From: Porticoccaceae bacterium
GTDB lineage: Bacteria; Pseudomonadota; Gammaproteobacteria; Pseudomonadales; Porticoccaceae
Assembly: GCA_018664075.1 (NCBI GenBank)
Contig: JABJOY010000074.1
Coordinates: forward strand, 241 to 64,240
Direction: 5' to 3'
DNA length: 64,000 bases
Shown here: positions 11,416-23,301 of the stretch, piece by piece
How the letters are laid out: each line of letters opens with the position of its first letter
Numbering within the stretch: position 1 is the stretch's first letter
Made by a program: the position numbers and the translations under genes
Notes under the pieces: model-generated
Seen by the model: only the letters and a program-made list of their open reading frames with translations
What the model was told of the DNA's origin: nothing
Database searches by the model: none

Positions 11416-12545
11416 CGTCGTCTCTCCGATTGAACTCTCTCGCTGTTTCTCTGTAATTTCTCGATCACATCATTGGCAATTCGATCAATCATCTGATCAT
11501 TGCTCACCGATGGACGACCCTGTACTGAAGCGCCCTGCTGAACAATTTTATCCAGTGGCAGATAGAGCATATTATTACCACCCTCAGTATCCATCAGCAC
11601 CTTGCTGCTGTTGCTCATGACTTCCTCGATGGCATCTATGTAGAGACGCTCACGGGTAACCACAGGTGCTTTTGAATACTCTGTCAGCAGTTTGGTGAAA
11701 CGCTTGGCTTCACCCTGAGACTTGGACACAACCTGAGACATGTAGCCCTCAGCTTCTTCGCGCAGTCGCTGAGCTTCACCGCGGGCTTCAGGAATAATAC
11801 CGTTTGAGTATGCCTGGGCTTCGTTAACCAGACGCTCGAGATCTTCCCGCGCTTTGATCACATCATCGTAGGCTGCCTTGACCTCTGTAGGCGGGCGCGC
11901 CTCCTCGATATTGATCTTAACCACGTTGATACCACTGTTATACATATCGAGCAGTACCTGGAGTTTTTCTGCAGTTCCAACCGCCACCTGCTCGCGGCCG
12001 GTGGAGATCACGCCATCCAGACCTGTGCTGCCGACCACATGGCGCAGGGCACTGTCAGTAGCGTGCTTGAGGCTTGTTTCCGGATCTTTAATATTGAGGA
12101 CAAAATCTTTGGCATTGGCAATGTTGTACTGCACCGTCAAAGAGATCTCTACAATATTTTCGTCCTGGGTCAGCATCAATCCGCGGGCTGAATACTGGCG
12201 CTCTTCAGTCACTCGCACTGTAGTCACCGAGTCCACAAAGGGAGGATTCCAGTGCAGACCTGAGCCCAAGGTATTATCGTACTTACCAAGCCGCAGCACT
12301 ACCGCCTGCTCTTTCTCATCGATCTGGTAAAAACCCAGCAGTCCCCAAAGGACAGCTACAGCAAACAGCGCTATAGGCAGCAGACTTTTGCCCCCATTGC
12401 CGGTGCCATTACTGGAACCACCACCACCGAACAAACCCAGTTTTTCTTTGAGTTTTTTCAGTGCTTCATCAATATCTGGTGGCCCATCATTGTTGCGATT
12501 TCCGCCCCAGGGATCTTTGCCGCCACCCGGTTCATTCCAGGCCAT
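11412..12545 (-). CDS. hflK: FtsH modulator HflK
   Basis: MAWNEPGG start (12545), MLTQDENIV, RERLYIDAIE. Confidence 0.97.
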   Translation of the reverse strand: MAWNEPGGGKDPWGGNRNNDGPPDIDEALKKLKEKLGLFGGGGSSNGTGNGGKSLLPIALFAVAVLWGLLGFYQIDEKEQAVVLRLGKYDNTLGSGLHWNPPFVDSVTTVRVTEERQYSARGLMLTQDENIVEISLTVQYNIANAKDFVLNIKDPETSLKHATDSALRHVVGSTGLDGVISTGREQVAVGTAEKLQVLLDMYNSGINVVKINIEEARPPTEVKAAYDDVIKAREDLERLVNEAQAYSNGIIPEARGEAQRLREEAEGYMSQVVSKSQGEAKRFTKLLTEYSKAPVVTRERLYIDAIEEVMSNSSKVLMDTEGGNNMLYLPLDKIVQQGASVQGRPSVSNDQMIDRIANDVIEKLQRNSERVQSERRR

Positions 12546-12603
12546 AGTCTTCTCCAATTAAAAGTTAATGTTGCAATGAGGTTATAGCGCTTCGTCACCG
12601 TAT

Positions 12604-13899
12604 TTACAATGTGACCAAATCCTGCAATTTCAACCCCGAAGTCTTTAGCAGGCGCAAAAAATCACTCTCCGCCAGCTTTATTTCCAAATTTAAGCAGCCC
12701 TGATCGCTGACCTGTTCCGCCACCACGGCCTTGTGTCTGTAGAGTGCGGCCCGAAAAGCCCCCTGATCAGGTTGCAGCTGCAAGTGCTTATGCACAAGTT
12801 TGCCCGGCAAACGCTGTATCACTGCTTGCAGCAGCAAGTCCAAACCCTGTCCCGACAGAGCAGACAGCCAAACGGCCACCGGCATACCATCGCCGTCACG
12901 CTCGATACGTGGTTGCGGATCATCCAACAGATCTATCTTGTTGTAAACCATTAGCGTCGGCAATTGGTGGGCATCGATCTCTTTTAGCACCTCTTGCACA
13001 CGCTCGATATTGATACTTCTCTCTTCCGCCGCCGCATCCACAACATGAATCAACAATGTGGCGGAGGCCGCTTCTTCCAATGTAGCCCTGAATGCATCCA
13101 CCAAACGGTGAGGCAGATGACTGATGAAACCCACCGTATCAGCAAAGATCACTGAACCCTGCTCAGGCACATCCAGCCGCCTCATGGTCGGATCCAATGT
13201 GGCAAACAGTTGATCTGCAGCAAACACGTCAGAACCGGTCAGATTGTTAAACAGGGTAGATTTCCCGGCATTGGTGTAGCCCACCAGTGATACAGTGGGA
13301 ATCTCAGCCCTGTCTCTGGAGCGGCGACTCTGATTGCGCTGCTTTCTCACCTTCTCCAAACGCTTTTTAATAGTCTGGATACGGTCTCGAACCATGCGCC
13401 GATCAGATTCTAACTGGGTCTCACCCGGACCACGCATGCCTATGCCGCCTTTCTCCCTGTCCAGGTGAGTCCAGCCGCGCACCAGCCGCGACGACAGGTG
13501 CTGCAGTTGCGCCAGCTCAACCTGCAACTTGCCCTCATGGGTGCGGGCACGCTGGGCAAAAATATCCAGAATCAGGCCGGTTCTATCCAGTACCCGGCAC
13601 TTTAATTCGGCCTCGAGATTGCGTTCCTGACTGGGAGATAGATTGTGGTTGAATATAACCAGTTCGGCGTCACAGCTTCTGACAGTACTAGCTATTTCAT
13701 CCAGCTTGCCTGTGCCGACAAAAAATTTGGCATGGGGAGATTGGCGAGACCCGGTCAAAAACTCGACCGGATCACCACCTGCAGATATCACTAACTCTTC
13801 AAATTCCCTTGGGTCTTCGGGTTCCGATTCACTATTCAGCTTGAGGTGAACAAGAACCGCGCGCTCGCCAAAATCAGGTCGTTCAAAAAATAATGACAC
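12604..13899 (-). CDS. hflX: Ribosome rescue GTPase HflX
   Basis: GPGETQLESDRR, GYTNAGKST, DQLFATLD, DTVGF, NKID. Confidence 0.98.
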   Translation of the reverse strand: MSLFFERPDFGERAVLVHLKLNSESEPEDPREFEELVISAGGDPVEFLTGSRQSPHAKFFVGTGKLDEIASTVRSCDAELVIFNHNLSPSQERNLEAELKCRVLDRTGLILDIFAQRARTHEGKLQVELAQLQHLSSRLVRGWTHLDREKGGIGMRGPGETQLESDRRMVRDRIQTIKKRLEKVRKQRNQSRRSRDRAEIPTVSLVGYTNAGKSTLFNNLTGSDVFAADQLFATLDPTMRRLDVPEQGSVIFADTVGFISHLPHRLVDAFRATLEEAASATLLIHVVDAAAEERSINIERVQEVLKEIDAHQLPTLMVYNKIDLLDDPQPRIERDGDGMPVAVWLSALSGQGLDLLLQAVIQRLPGKLVHKHLQLQPDQGAFRAALYRHKAVVAEQVSDQGCLNLEIKLAESDFLRLLKTSGLKLQDLVTL

Positions 13900-13904
13900 T
13901 CGTT

Positions 13905-14186
13905 TTAGTAGTTGTCGTCGCTGTAGTTACCAGCATCATCGTCATCTGACATCCCACTCTGGGCATTGCTGGCAGGCAGACGAACCGCACGAGATGGAAC
14001 TACTGTAGAGATTGCATGTTTGTAAACCATTTGACTGACGGTATTTTTCAACAGCACAACAAACTGATCGAAAGACTCAACCTGCCCCTGCAGCTTAATA
14101 CCGTTAACAAGAAAGATGGAAACTGGAATACGTTCTTTTCTTAGGACATTCAGAAAAGGGTCTTGTAGATTATGCCCTTTTGACAT
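13905..14186 (-). CDS. hfq: RNA chaperone Hfq (93 aa, acidic C-terminal tail)
   Basis: True start [13 protein letters not shown] at 14186; [22 protein letters not shown]. Confidence 0.98.
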   Translation of the reverse strand: MSKGHNLQDPFLNVLRKERIPVSIFLVNGIKLQGQVESFDQFVVLLKNTVSQMVYKHAISTVVPSRAVRLPASNAQSGMSDDDDAGNYSDDNY

Positions 14187-14313
14187 TTTACTACTCCTTA
14201 ATATTGAAAATTCAATGGGTGCCACAATAGTCGCGGCAAATATTTCGGTGGGATTGCAACTCACCTGAGAACAGGAATCAGCTCCTGCCTCTATTATAGT
14301 ATATGGATGCCCA

Positions 14314-15258
14314 TTAAAGTACTTTCAAGCTCTGATTACAGATCTTTTCCGTACTCAAAAATCCATCCTGATTATCTGCTTTAATTTCAATAGCTTGGGG
14401 CCAATTGCGCAGCCAGGTTAACTGTCGTTTGGCCAGCTGTCGGGTAGCGATTACTGCTTTTTCCACTGCATCCTGCAAACTGCAGTCCCCGGCACAGTAA
14501 TCCCACAGCTGCCGATAACCCACCGAGCGAACCGCCGGCAGGTTGCTATGCAGATCGCCGCGCTCATAAAGCCCCTGAACTTCCTCGGCAAAGCCGAGGG
14601 CCATCATAGCCTCAAATCGCTGTTCTATACGTTGATGCAGCAGGCTTCGGTTCTGCGGAATTAAAGCAATCTGACGAAAATCATACTGCTGTGCGAGTCC
14701 ACCAACAGACTCGCCTTGCAGTGCCGACATAGGTTCACCAGTCAACTGATACACTTCCAGAGCCCGTTGTATGCGCTGAGAATGATTGGGGTGCAGACGG
14801 CTGGCAGTCTGCGGATCAACAAGCTGCAGCTCTGCATAAAGACTGGGCCAACCCTCTTTCGCGGCGCGCTGTTCCAAATCATCACGGATGCTCTGGTCAG
14901 CCTCGGGCAGTTGGGACAACCCCTCGAGCAGCACCTTAAAATACATCATGCTGCCACCCACAAGCAGAGGTATGCGCCCGCTGGCACTGATCTCAGCCAT
15001 TTCCCGGCGTGCATCGGCAAGAAATTCTGCAGCGCTGTAAATTTCACAGGGATCGCGAATATCCAAAAGGCGATGAGGCGCCTGAGCCAGCGTCTCTGCA
15101 TCGGGCTTGGCACTGCCGATATTAAGATAGCGATAGACCTGAGCCGAATCTACATTGATCAGCTCCACCGGCAGATGTTTACGCAATTCAATGGCCAGCC
15201 CGGTCTTACCGCTGGCGGTGGGTCCCATGACAGTGATAGCCATTGGCTTTTTGCTCAT
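14314..15258 (-). CDS. miaA: tRNA dimethylallyltransferase
   Basis: [32 protein letters not shown]. Confidence 0.98.
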   Translation of the reverse strand: MSKKPMAITVMGPTASGKTGLAIELRKHLPVELINVDSAQVYRYLNIGSAKPDAETLAQAPHRLLDIRDPCEIYSAAEFLADARREMAEISASGRIPLLVGGSMMYFKVLLEGLSQLPEADQSIRDDLEQRAAKEGWPSLYAELQLVDPQTASRLHPNHSQRIQRALEVYQLTGEPMSALQGESVGGLAQQYDFRQIALIPQNRSLLHQRIEQRFEAMMALGFAEEVQGLYERGDLHSNLPAVRSVGYRQLWDYCAGDCSLQDAVEKAVIATRQLAKRQLTWLRNWPQAIEIKADNQDGFLSTEKICNQSLKVL

Positions 15259-15260
15259 GC

Positions 15261-17078
15261 TTAACGACCACGCAGAAACAGTTTATCCAACTCATCCAGA
15301 GTTAGCTGTGACCAGGTTGGACGGCCATGGTTGCACTGACCACTGCGCTCTGTGGCTTCCATATCACGCAGCAGCGCATTCATTTCGGGAATGGTTAACT
15401 TGCGATTGGCGCGCACGGAACCATGGCAGGCCATGGTCGACAGAATTTCATTGATATGGTGGCGAATGCGCTCGGAAGAGCCGTGCATAAGCAAATCCGA
15501 TATGACATCTCGAAGCAGACCCTCCACCTCTGAACCTCGCAGAATCGCAGGGATTTCCCGGACAATAATACTTTCTGCCGCGGCCCGCTCCACCACAAAA
15601 CCCAGCTGGCTGAAAATCTCTGAGCTTTTGTCCGTAATTTCCGCCTCACGCTCACTGACCGATAAACTCTCCGGCACTAGCAGAGGCTGGGATACCAGGC
15701 CCTGATTATCAAAAGCGGTTTTCATGGACTCGTAGGTAATGCGCTCATGGGCCGCATGCATATCAACAATAATCATGCCCTGTGCATTCTCTGCCAGAAT
15801 ATAGATGCCTTTTAACTGGGCAATGGCAAAGCCCATGGGCGGTATATCGCCCTGTTCTTCTGGTATCTGGGTGTTGTAGAGGCTTTGATAGGCACTCATG
15901 GGGGTGTTAACCCCAACCTGACTTGTTGAGGGAAATTGGCCATAGCTCGACGCATTCTGGGGCTGGCCTGTGCCGGAGGGAAACTGCAGCGTCGACTGAT
16001 TGGGTAGCCATTCAGTCTGCTGGGAATTCTGGGGCTGGCCTATCGCCATCTCCCCCTCCTGCAGATGATCCTGAGGGCGATCCTGGGCCAGTGCCTTGTT
16101 CAAGGTGCCGTAGACAAAACCATGAATAGCCCGGCTATCGCGGAAACGAACCTGATGCTTGGTGGGATGCACATTGACATCCACATCCCCAGGTTCAATT
16201 TCCAGAAACAACACATAGGCGGGGTGGCGGCCATGATAGAGCACATCCTGATAGGCCTGGCGAATGGCATGGGACACTACCTTGTCGCGAATACAGCGAC
16301 CATTGACAAAAAAGTGCTGTAGATCAGCCTGACTTCTGGAGAAGGTCGGCAGCCCCATCCAGCCCCACAGGCGAATACCTGTGCGGTCATTGTCCACATA
16401 AAGTGCCTGCTGCATAAAGGCAGGACCACAGATATCAGCGACCCGCTTTTCCTGCTCCAGCTGAGTGTTGGCCGGATGCAGATTAATTTGTGCACGCTGG
16501 TTGTGGCGCAGACTAAATGCGATATCCATACGGCTTAGGGCGAGCTTTTTAATGCTGTCGTCAATGCGATTGTATTCAGTACCCTCTGTGCGCAGGAATT
16601 TGCGCCGTGCCGGGGTATTAAAAAACAGGTCGCGCACCTCAACACTGGTGCCTCGGGGATGGGCTGCAGGCTGCAGATCCACGTCCATATCACGGCCTTC
16701 AGAGACCGCTTTCCAGGCATTGGTGTTGCCCTCAGCACTGGAGGTCAGAGCCAGCCGGGAGACAGAGGCGATACTGGCCAGAGCCTCTCCACGAAAGCCC
16801 AGTGTAGCCACAGCTTCCAGGTCTTGCAGATCATCAATCTTGCTGGTGGCGTGACGGCTCAGGGCCAGGGCAAGTTCAGCCTCGACAATGCCATGGCCAT
16901 CATCGCGGACTTTAATCAGCTTGGTGCCGCCCTGTTCTATCTCTATATCAATGCGCTTGGCACCGGCATCAAGGCTGTTTTCCACCAGCTCTTTAAGCAC
17001 CGAGGCCGGGCGCTCGACCACCTCTCCAGCCGCAATCTGGTTAGCTAATTGCGGACTGAGGATCTTGATACTAGACAT
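15261..17078 (-). CDS. mutL: DNA mismatch repair protein MutL (endonuclease type)
   Basis: [25 protein letters not shown]; C-terminal [21 protein letters not shown]. Confidence 0.98.
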   Translation of the reverse strand: MSSIKILSPQLANQIAAGEVVERPASVLKELVENSLDAGAKRIDIEIEQGGTKLIKVRDDGHGIVEAELALALSRHATSKIDDLQDLEAVATLGFRGEALASIASVSRLALTSSAEGNTNAWKAVSEGRDMDVDLQPAAHPRGTSVEVRDLFFNTPARRKFLRTEGTEYNRIDDSIKKLALSRMDIAFSLRHNQRAQINLHPANTQLEQEKRVADICGPAFMQQALYVDNDRTGIRLWGWMGLPTFSRSQADLQHFFVNGRCIRDKVVSHAIRQAYQDVLYHGRHPAYVLFLEIEPGDVDVNVHPTKHQVRFRDSRAIHGFVYGTLNKALAQDRPQDHLQEGEMAIGQPQNSQQTEWLPNQSTLQFPSGTGQPQNASSYGQFPSTSQVGVNTPMSAYQSLYNTQIPEEQGDIPPMGFAIAQLKGIYILAENAQGMIIVDMHAAHERITYESMKTAFDNQGLVSQPLLVPESLSVSEREAEITDKSSEIFSQLGFVVERAAAESIIVREIPAILRGSEVEGLLRDVISDLLMHGSSERIRHHINEILSTMACHGSVRANRKLTIPEMNALLRDMEATERSGQCNHGRPTWSQLTLDELDKLFLRGR

Positions 17079-17101
17079 GAATACTGACCTTTAACCTGGG
17101 T

Positions 17102-18436
17102 TTAGCGGGGCGGGATCTTAATCTTTTTGCCCACACGAATTTTGTTCGATGACATTTTATTGTAGCGCTTAATCTTTTTCATCGAGACATTAAATCGCAC
17201 GGCAATTTCCGATAATGTATCCCCCGGGGCTACCACATAGATACGGTCCACCCGGTTGCCATTTTTGGCCAGCAATGTACCCGGCGGTGGGTTATCTAAA
17301 AAATACTGCTCAATACCCTCGAAGATGGCCTGAGCCATTTTGTTTTGGTAGCCACTAGTGCTGAGTTTTTGCGCCTCGTTGGGATTTGAAATGAATCCAG
17401 TCTCCAGCAACAGTGAGGGAATATCCGGAGACTTGAGCACCAGAAACCCGGCCTGCTCAACTTTCTTTTTATGCAGACGGGCTACAGTGCCCATATTTTT
17501 TAACACATAAGAACCAGCGTCGAGACTACGCCTCAGGGTCGCATTCATAGATAAATCCAACAATACGCCAGCCAGCACCTCGTCCCTGCCATCAAGACTG
17601 AGAGAGCTGGCGCCACCGATCAAATCAGCCCTGTTCTCCTTATCGGCCAGGTAGCGAGCTTGCTCACTCGTCGCCCCTGTAGTTGACAGAGCATAGACTG
17701 AAGCGCCATGGGCGGAGGGATCCGTAAACGCGTCCGCATGGATGGAAATAAAGAAGTCCGCCTGTTTATCCCGTGCGATCTGGGTACGTTTGCGGTGGGC
17801 CAAATAATAATCGCCGCTGCGCACCAGCTCCCCCTGAAAATTTGGATTACCGTCGAACAGTTTTTTAATTTTCTTAGCCAGTTGCAAAACCACAACTTTC
17901 TCTCGCACTCTTCTTGGACCCAGCGCACCGGGATCCTCGCCACCGTGACCAGCATCAATAGCGACAATGATTCTGCGATCTTTCTTTTTTACCACCTCAT
18001 CCAGGGTGCGACTGATCACCCGTTTATTATCAAACAGATCAATCACCAACCGATTACTGTACTGTTCATTTGCGGGCAGGGTAAAACTTTTTGGGCTTAC
18101 TGTACCGCTAAGATCCAACACCACTCGCACATCGGTTTTATTGCGCACGGCAGCACGAATACCGGCAATAGGTGTATTTCTGAGTTCCAGGCCTTCGAAT
18201 GTGGTTTTGATACGGGAATCACTGAGATCCACCACCAGGCGATTGGGGTTTTGCAGAGAAAAAATATTGTGCTCAACAGTGCTGCTGAGATCCAGAACCA
18301 GCCTAGTTTTGTCCGGCGCGCGCCACAGTCGCACAGATTCTATATCCGCAGCCCATAACTGGATCGGCATTAACCACAGCACAGCAATAGCTGAGCTTTT
18401 AAGCAGAATCACAATATGCTGCAAAAAATTCTTCAA
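17102..18436 (-). CDS. N-acetylmuramoyl-L-alanine amidase (AMIN + Amidase_3 + LysM)
   Basis: Signal peptide, RLVLDL AMIN domain, IDAGHGGEDPGA, FISIHAD, LLETGFISN, C-terminal LysM (GDTLSEIA). Confidence 0.93.
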   Translation of the reverse strand: MKNFLQHIVILLKSSAIAVLWLMPIQLWAADIESVRLWRAPDKTRLVLDLSSTVEHNIFSLQNPNRLVVDLSDSRIKTTFEGLELRNTPIAGIRAAVRNKTDVRVVLDLSGTVSPKSFTLPANEQYSNRLVIDLFDNKRVISRTLDEVVKKKDRRIIVAIDAGHGGEDPGALGPRRVREKVVVLQLAKKIKKLFDGNPNFQGELVRSGDYYLAHRKRTQIARDKQADFFISIHADAFTDPSAHGASVYALSTTGATSEQARYLADKENRADLIGGASSLSLDGRDEVLAGVLLDLSMNATLRRSLDAGSYVLKNMGTVARLHKKKVEQAGFLVLKSPDIPSLLLETGFISNPNEAQKLSTSGYQNKMAQAIFEGIEQYFLDNPPPGTLLAKNGNRVDRIYVVAPGDTLSEIAVRFNVSMKKIKRYNKMSSNKIRVGKKIKIPPR

Positions 18437-18939
18437 TCTGTGCCCCGTTTTAATTGATGGACCAGCTGCTCACCGCCAGCGGAATAAGCGCGCAGAATAA
18501 CACAGCGACCCTCACCAGACTGACTGATACGGACTGCAATATCTGGCTCAGGTAAAAAGCCCCGACCTTGCTCCGGCCATTCTATCAAGCATAGCCCGGC
18601 ATCGGCCAGATAATCAGCAAAGCCCATATATTCGAGCTCTTCTGCATCCGCCAGGCGGTACAGATCAAAATGATACACCGCGCCCAGGGCAGCCAGCTGA
18701 TAGGGTTCAACCAAAGTGTAAGTGGGACTCTTTACCGCGCCCTGATGCCCCAGGCCCTGCAATATGCCCCTGGACAAAGTGGTCTTGCCCGCCCCCAGAT
18801 CGCCCTGTAGGGTAATAATTAAAGGCTCCCCAATATGCCCCGCTATAACATGCCCTGCCATAGCACCGCCAAAACCCAGTGTTGCCGCCTCATCTGCCAG
18901 CTCAACCATCATCTCGGCCAGAGCGGGGGCAATGGTCAT
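18433..18939 (-). CDS. tsaE: tRNA t6A ATPase TsaE
   Basis: GDLGAGKTT, SPTYTLVEPY, HFDLYRL, IEWPE; exact start uncertain. Confidence 0.95.
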   Translation of the reverse strand: MTIAPALAEMMVELADEAATLGFGGAMAGHVIAGHIGEPLIITLQGDLGAGKTTLSRGILQGLGHQGAVKSPTYTLVEPYQLAALGAVYHFDLYRLADAEELEYMGFADYLADAGLCLIEWPEQGRGFLPEPDIAVRISQSGEGRCVILRAYSAGGEQLVHQLKRGTD

Positions 18940-20438
18940 ACATAGTCCTGATTGAGCAAATTGCCCAGCTGGGGTAGTAGATCGGTAGCGGTAAGACCGC
19001 GCAGGCCGCTCTCTTGCACAGCCAGATCAGCCGCACTGCTGTGCAGGCAGCAGCCCAACTCTGTAGCCGTTTGCAGATCACAGCCCTGGGCAATTAAACC
19101 GCCGATCAGACCGCTGAGAATATCCCCCATACCTGCAGTTGCCATGGCAGGATTACCATAGGGGCAGACTTTAATAATTTCATTAGCTCCGGCAATCAAT
19201 GTGCCCGGCCCTTTTAACAGCACCACTGCAGAATATTTTTCCTGCAGCTGGTGCACCGCGGCAAAGCGATCCGCCTGAACCTCTGCCACTGAAATACCCA
19301 GTAGTCGCGCTGCCTCTCCTGCATGGGGCGTCAACACCCACTGACTGCCATCCGGGTTTGCCACTACCCGGCCTTCGGCGATAATATTTAATCCATCTGC
19401 ATCCACAACCATCGGCAGTCCCGCGGCCACAGCTTTTTGCAGTAACTGTTCAGACCATGGAGAGCGACCCAGCCCTGGCCCCACCACCAATACAGTGGCT
19501 CGACCCAGCAGAGGTTCCAATTCCTGACCAGAGACCACAGGGCAAGCCATGACCTCAGGCTGACGGGTCAGCATAGGCCCTATATGCTCAGGGCGAGTTG
19601 CCAGACTGGTCATCCCTGCACCTACTTGAAGGCTGGCTTCAGCGGCCATAATGGCAGCACCGCCATAGCCATGATCGCCACCAATGACCATGGCATGACC
19701 GCGCTGGGTCTTGTGACCATCAATGCTCAACTGGGGCATAAGGTCCATCAGCTCAAACAGATCCATCAGTTCAGCCGTTGCAGGCACCTGGTCAAATATC
19801 TGCTCGGGCACATCCAGAGAATGAAAAATAACCTCGCCACAGACCGCTGGCCCCTTGCCACTAAACAGCCCCTGTTTGGCACCGATAAAAGTCACCGTAA
19901 TATCTGCCGCCACTGCCACCTCGGCAATATGGCCGCTGTCGGGATTTAAACCGGAGGGAATATCCGCCGCCACCACGGGCAGGCCGGAATCATTGATCAG
20001 TTGAATTGCCTCGCCATATTGCTGGCGCAACTCACCATGAAAGCCAGTGCCTAGCAGACTGTCGACAATCACGCCCTCGGCAATATCGATACTGCTGTCA
20101 AAGGGGACAAAGCTGACATTGGCTCGCTCGGCAAACTGTTTCGCCTGAGCCGCATCTGGGCTCAGCTTGTCGGATAATTCAACAACCTGAACTGGAATAT
20201 TTTTTGCCGCAGCCAGAGCCGCAGCAATATAGCCATCGCCGGCATTGTTACCAGAACCACAGAATATGCTGAGCAGACTGGGGGAGCCAAAACTTTCAAG
20301 CAGTTCATTGAGCAGAGCCCGGCCAGCGCGCTTCATTAAGATAATGCCGGCAATACCTTGCTCTTCTATAGCAATTCGGTCCAATTGTGCCACTGATTTG
20401 GCACTGAATAATGCGTCTTGAATAAGATTGTGCGACAT
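18936..20438 (-). CDS. nnr: Bifunctional NAD(P)H-hydrate epimerase/dehydratase
   Basis: GSGNNAGDG, DIPSG; HKTQRG, GPGLG, DADGL, LTPHAGEAARLL, GMGDILSG. Confidence 0.95.
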   Translation of the reverse strand: MSHNLIQDALFSAKSVAQLDRIAIEEQGIAGIILMKRAGRALLNELLESFGSPSLLSIFCGSGNNAGDGYIAAALAAAKNIPVQVVELSDKLSPDAAQAKQFAERANVSFVPFDSSIDIAEGVIVDSLLGTGFHGELRQQYGEAIQLINDSGLPVVAADIPSGLNPDSGHIAEVAVAADITVTFIGAKQGLFSGKGPAVCGEVIFHSLDVPEQIFDQVPATAELMDLFELMDLMPQLSIDGHKTQRGHAMVIGGDHGYGGAAIMAAEASLQVGAGMTSLATRPEHIGPMLTRQPEVMACPVVSGQELEPLLGRATVLVVGPGLGRSPWSEQLLQKAVAAGLPMVVDADGLNIIAEGRVVANPDGSQWVLTPHAGEAARLLGISVAEVQADRFAAVHQLQEKYSAVVLLKGPGTLIAGANEIIKVCPYGNPAMATAGMGDILSGLIGGLIAQGCDLQTATELGCCLHSSAADLAVQESGLRGLTATDLLPQLGNLLNQDYV

Positions 20439-20494
20439 GAAGCAGATATCCCCGTAAAATTAGCGCAATTATATGTCAGAACCAAGACTAAAAC

Positions 20495-21589
20495 ATGCAG
20501 CACGACGACACTGAATCAGAAAAATTGCAGGACCTGGCCGACAAGATCAAGGCCTGGGGCGAAGCCCTGGGCTTTCAACAAGTCGCTATTGTCGAACCCG
20601 ATCTCAGCCAGGCATCGGCCCGCCTTAACAAATGGCTGGCGGATGGCTTTCAGGGTTCAATGCAATGGATGGGAGAGCATGGGGACAAGCGCTACAAAGT
20701 CGACAAACTAGTCGACCATACATTGCGGGTTATTTCTGTGCGCATGGATTATCTCGCCGATAACAATATGATCGCAGTGCTGAAAAATGACAATAAAGCT
20801 TATATATCAAGGTATGCACTGGGTCGAGACTACCACAAACTGATTCGCAAACGACTGGCAAGGCTGGTCACCATGATTGAGCAAGAACTGCCTCAGCTGG
20901 AGCTGTCACAGCGGCCCTTTGTGGATAGTGCGCCAGTGATGGAAAAACCATTGGCAGAGCAGGCAGGGTTGGGCTGGATTGGCAAAAACACCTTGCTACT
21001 CAATGATGAAGCAGGCTCTTGGTTTTTTCTTGGCGAGATTTACACCTCAGTGCCGTTGCCAACCGACAGCAGTGATCAGAGCAATCGCTGCAATAACTGC
21101 CGCGCCTGCCTGAAAGTTTGCCCCACAGATGCCTTTCCGGAGCCCTATGTACTGGATGCCAGAAAATGTATTTCATACCTCACCATTGAAAGCAAAGAGG
21201 CTATCCCTGAAGCTCTGCGGCCCAAAATGGGCAACCGTGTATTCGGCTGCGATGACTGTCAGATAATCTGCCCCTGGAATCGCTTCGCTTCCCAGAGCAA
21301 GGAAGATGACTTCACCCCCAGACACAATCTCGACAACCCAGACCTGGTGACATTATTTAACTGGGATCAGCAGCAGTTTGAAGCCAATACCGAAGGCTCA
21401 GCGATCCGCCGCATCGGCCATGAACGCTGGCTGCGCAACCTTGCTGTTGGCCTCGGCAATGCCAGTGGCTCGCAGACTATTCTCAATGAATTGCACAAGC
21501 GAGCCGACCACCCCTCATCTCTGGTGCGGGAACATGTGCAATGGGCGATCGCCCAGCAGCGGGGAAAACTCGCGTCTACGGCTGAATAA
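20495..21589 (+). CDS. queG: Epoxyqueuosine reductase
   Basis: [45 protein letters not shown]. Confidence 0.97.
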   Translation: MQHDDTESEKLQDLADKIKAWGEALGFQQVAIVEPDLSQASARLNKWLADGFQGSMQWMGEHGDKRYKVDKLVDHTLRVISVRMDYLADNNMIAVLKNDNKAYISRYALGRDYHKLIRKRLARLVTMIEQELPQLELSQRPFVDSAPVMEKPLAEQAGLGWIGKNTLLLNDEAGSWFFLGEIYTSVPLPTDSSDQSNRCNNCRACLKVCPTDAFPEPYVLDARKCISYLTIESKEAIPEALRPKMGNRVFGCDDCQIICPWNRFASQSKEDDFTPRHNLDNPDLVTLFNWDQQQFEANTEGSAIRRIGHERWLRNLAVGLGNASGSQTILNELHKRADHPSSLVREHVQWAIAQQRGKLASTAE

Positions 21590-22124
21590 AGACGTCGCGG
21601 TAATAGGCCAGTTCGGCAATTGAATCATATACATCATCCATCGCTAGGTGGCTGCCTTTTTTGGCAAAGCCATTTTCCAGCTCCGGTTTCCAGCGTCTTA
21701 CCAGCTCTTTTAATGTGCTGACATCAAGATTGCGATAATGAAAAAAGTTAGCCAGCTCTGGCATGTAGCGCACCAGAAAACGGCGATCCTGACCAATGGA
21801 GTTGCCACACATAGGTGACTGGCCGGCAGGCACCCACTGGCGCAAGAACTCAATGGTGGCTGCGCAGGCATCAGCCTCTGTTACTGTACTTTTGCGCACC
21901 CGCTCAGTGAGCCCGGAACCGCCGTGCTGATTGGTATTCCAGTCATCCATCTCGCTGAGCAGTTGGTCTGACTGATGGACTGCTAGAGAGGGTCCTTCCG
22001 CCAGCACATTGAGGTCCGCATCTGTCACCACCGTGGCTATCTCAATAATGCGCTCCCGCTCGGGATCCAGGCCGGTCATTTCCAAATCGATCCAAATCAA
22101 ATTGAGGGGGTCTTGAGCAGTCAT
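21576..22124 (-). CDS. orn: Oligoribonuclease
   Basis: Start MTAQDPLN at 22124; [32 protein letters not shown]. Confidence 0.97.
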   Translation of the reverse strand: MTAQDPLNLIWIDLEMTGLDPERERIIEIATVVTDADLNVLAEGPSLAVHQSDQLLSEMDDWNTNQHGGSGLTERVRKSTVTEADACAATIEFLRQWVPAGQSPMCGNSIGQDRRFLVRYMPELANFFHYRNLDVSTLKELVRRWKPELENGFAKKGSHLAMDDVYDSIAELAYYRDVFIQP

Positions 22125-22199
22125 AATCGCGCCTGTGGTTATATGCAAAATGTTACTGAGAGCGTTTATGCTATATCCTTGACGGCTATAACGCCAGAC

Positions 22200-23249
22200 A
22201 TGCAAAGCAACCAGGGTAAAGTATTGAGCAATCGCAGACTCAGCAAGCGTCAAAAAGATCGCATCCAGGCTATTCAGGAGCGACGGCGCGAGCGGGCCAA
22301 TCTAAAACAGACGGTCAATGATGAGGAGCTGAAGAACCTTCAGGGCCTGGGGCAGGAAACTCTCGGCACGGTGATTACCAACTATGGCGCCCAGGTGGAT
22401 ATCGAAGGAGCTGAAGCCCCCTTCGCCAGACAGATTGTGCGCTGTCACAAGCGTACCAACATGGAAACCCTGGTCACCGGCGATAAGGTTATCTGGCGCC
22501 ATGCCGAACCCCATGGCGTGGTGGTGGCCTGCGAGCCCCGCCAGTCGGAGCTGATTCGCCCAGATATCTACGGCAAACTGCGACCAGTGGCGGCCAATAT
22601 TGATCGCATTGCCATTGTCTTTGCCCCCAAGCCCATTCCCCACAGCAACCTTCTGGACCGCTATCTGGTGGCTGCAGAAGCTCAGGACATCACCCCGCTG
22701 CTGGTACTCAACAAAGCAGATATGCTCGACCATGAAGACTATCCGGATGTGGACCAGCTGCTGGTTGATTATCGCAGCATTGGCTATGAGGTCATTGAGG
22801 TCTCAGCCAAAACCGCGCTGGGTATTGATGAGCTGCAAAATTATCTGGCGGAGCATACCTCTATTTTTGTTGGCCAGTCTGGCGTAGGTAAATCCTCATT
22901 GCTGAATCAGCTGCTTCCGAATGCCAATATGCAGATAGGCCCATTGTCTGAAAACAAAGAGGAAGGTACTCACACCACCACAGCATCGCGACTTTTCCAC
23001 CTGATTGGCGGCGGCGAGATAATAGACTCCCCTGGTATTCGGGAATTTGCTCTGACCCATCTGAGTCAGGACAAGATTATTGATGGCTTTATTGATTTCC
23101 GACCCTATCTTGGCAACTGTAAGTTTCGCGATTGTCAGCACAATAAAGAAATCGGCTGTGCACTGCTGCAGGCGGTAGCTGATAAAAAAGTACTGCAGGT
23201 AAGACTCAATAACTATCGCCAAATTATTCTTAGCCAGCAGGAAAGGTAG
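22200..23249 (+). CDS. rsgA: Small-subunit biogenesis GTPase RsgA
   Basis: Circularly permuted [33 protein letters not shown] Zn site; start is ATG 22200 or TTG 22224. Confidence 0.95.
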   Translation: MQSNQGKVLSNRRLSKRQKDRIQAIQERRRERANLKQTVNDEELKNLQGLGQETLGTVITNYGAQVDIEGAEAPFARQIVRCHKRTNMETLVTGDKVIWRHAEPHGVVVACEPRQSELIRPDIYGKLRPVAANIDRIAIVFAPKPIPHSNLLDRYLVAAEAQDITPLLVLNKADMLDHEDYPDVDQLLVDYRSIGYEVIEVSAKTALGIDELQNYLAEHTSIFVGQSGVGKSSLLNQLLPNANMQIGPLSENKEEGTHTTTASRLFHLIGGGEIIDSPGIREFALTHLSQDKIIDGFIDFRPYLGNCKFRDCQHNKEIGCALLQAVADKKVLQVRLNNYRQIILSQQER

Positions 23250-23270
23250 GCTCGCCCGGGGGTTAAAAAA

Positions 23271-23279
23271 TGCTAGAAT
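23271..23279 (+). promoter_or_regulatory. Extended -10 promoter upstream of rhdA
   Basis: TGcTAGAAT followed by GC-rich discriminator, AAGGA SD and ATG. Confidence 0.5.
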
Positions 23280-23301
23280 CCCGCTCCAACAAGGAACAGC
23301 C

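Noticed and set aside
13905-13955. Acidic C-terminal tail of Hfq ([14 protein letters not shown])
   Set aside because: Acidic tips are a well-described Hfq feature
22187-22192. Recurrent TATAAC near rsgA, orn, cysM and the H1-like gene as a variant -10 element
   Set aside because: Lacks the conserved -7 T, spacing is inconsistent, and a canonical alternative exists for the H1-like gene; needs TSS data
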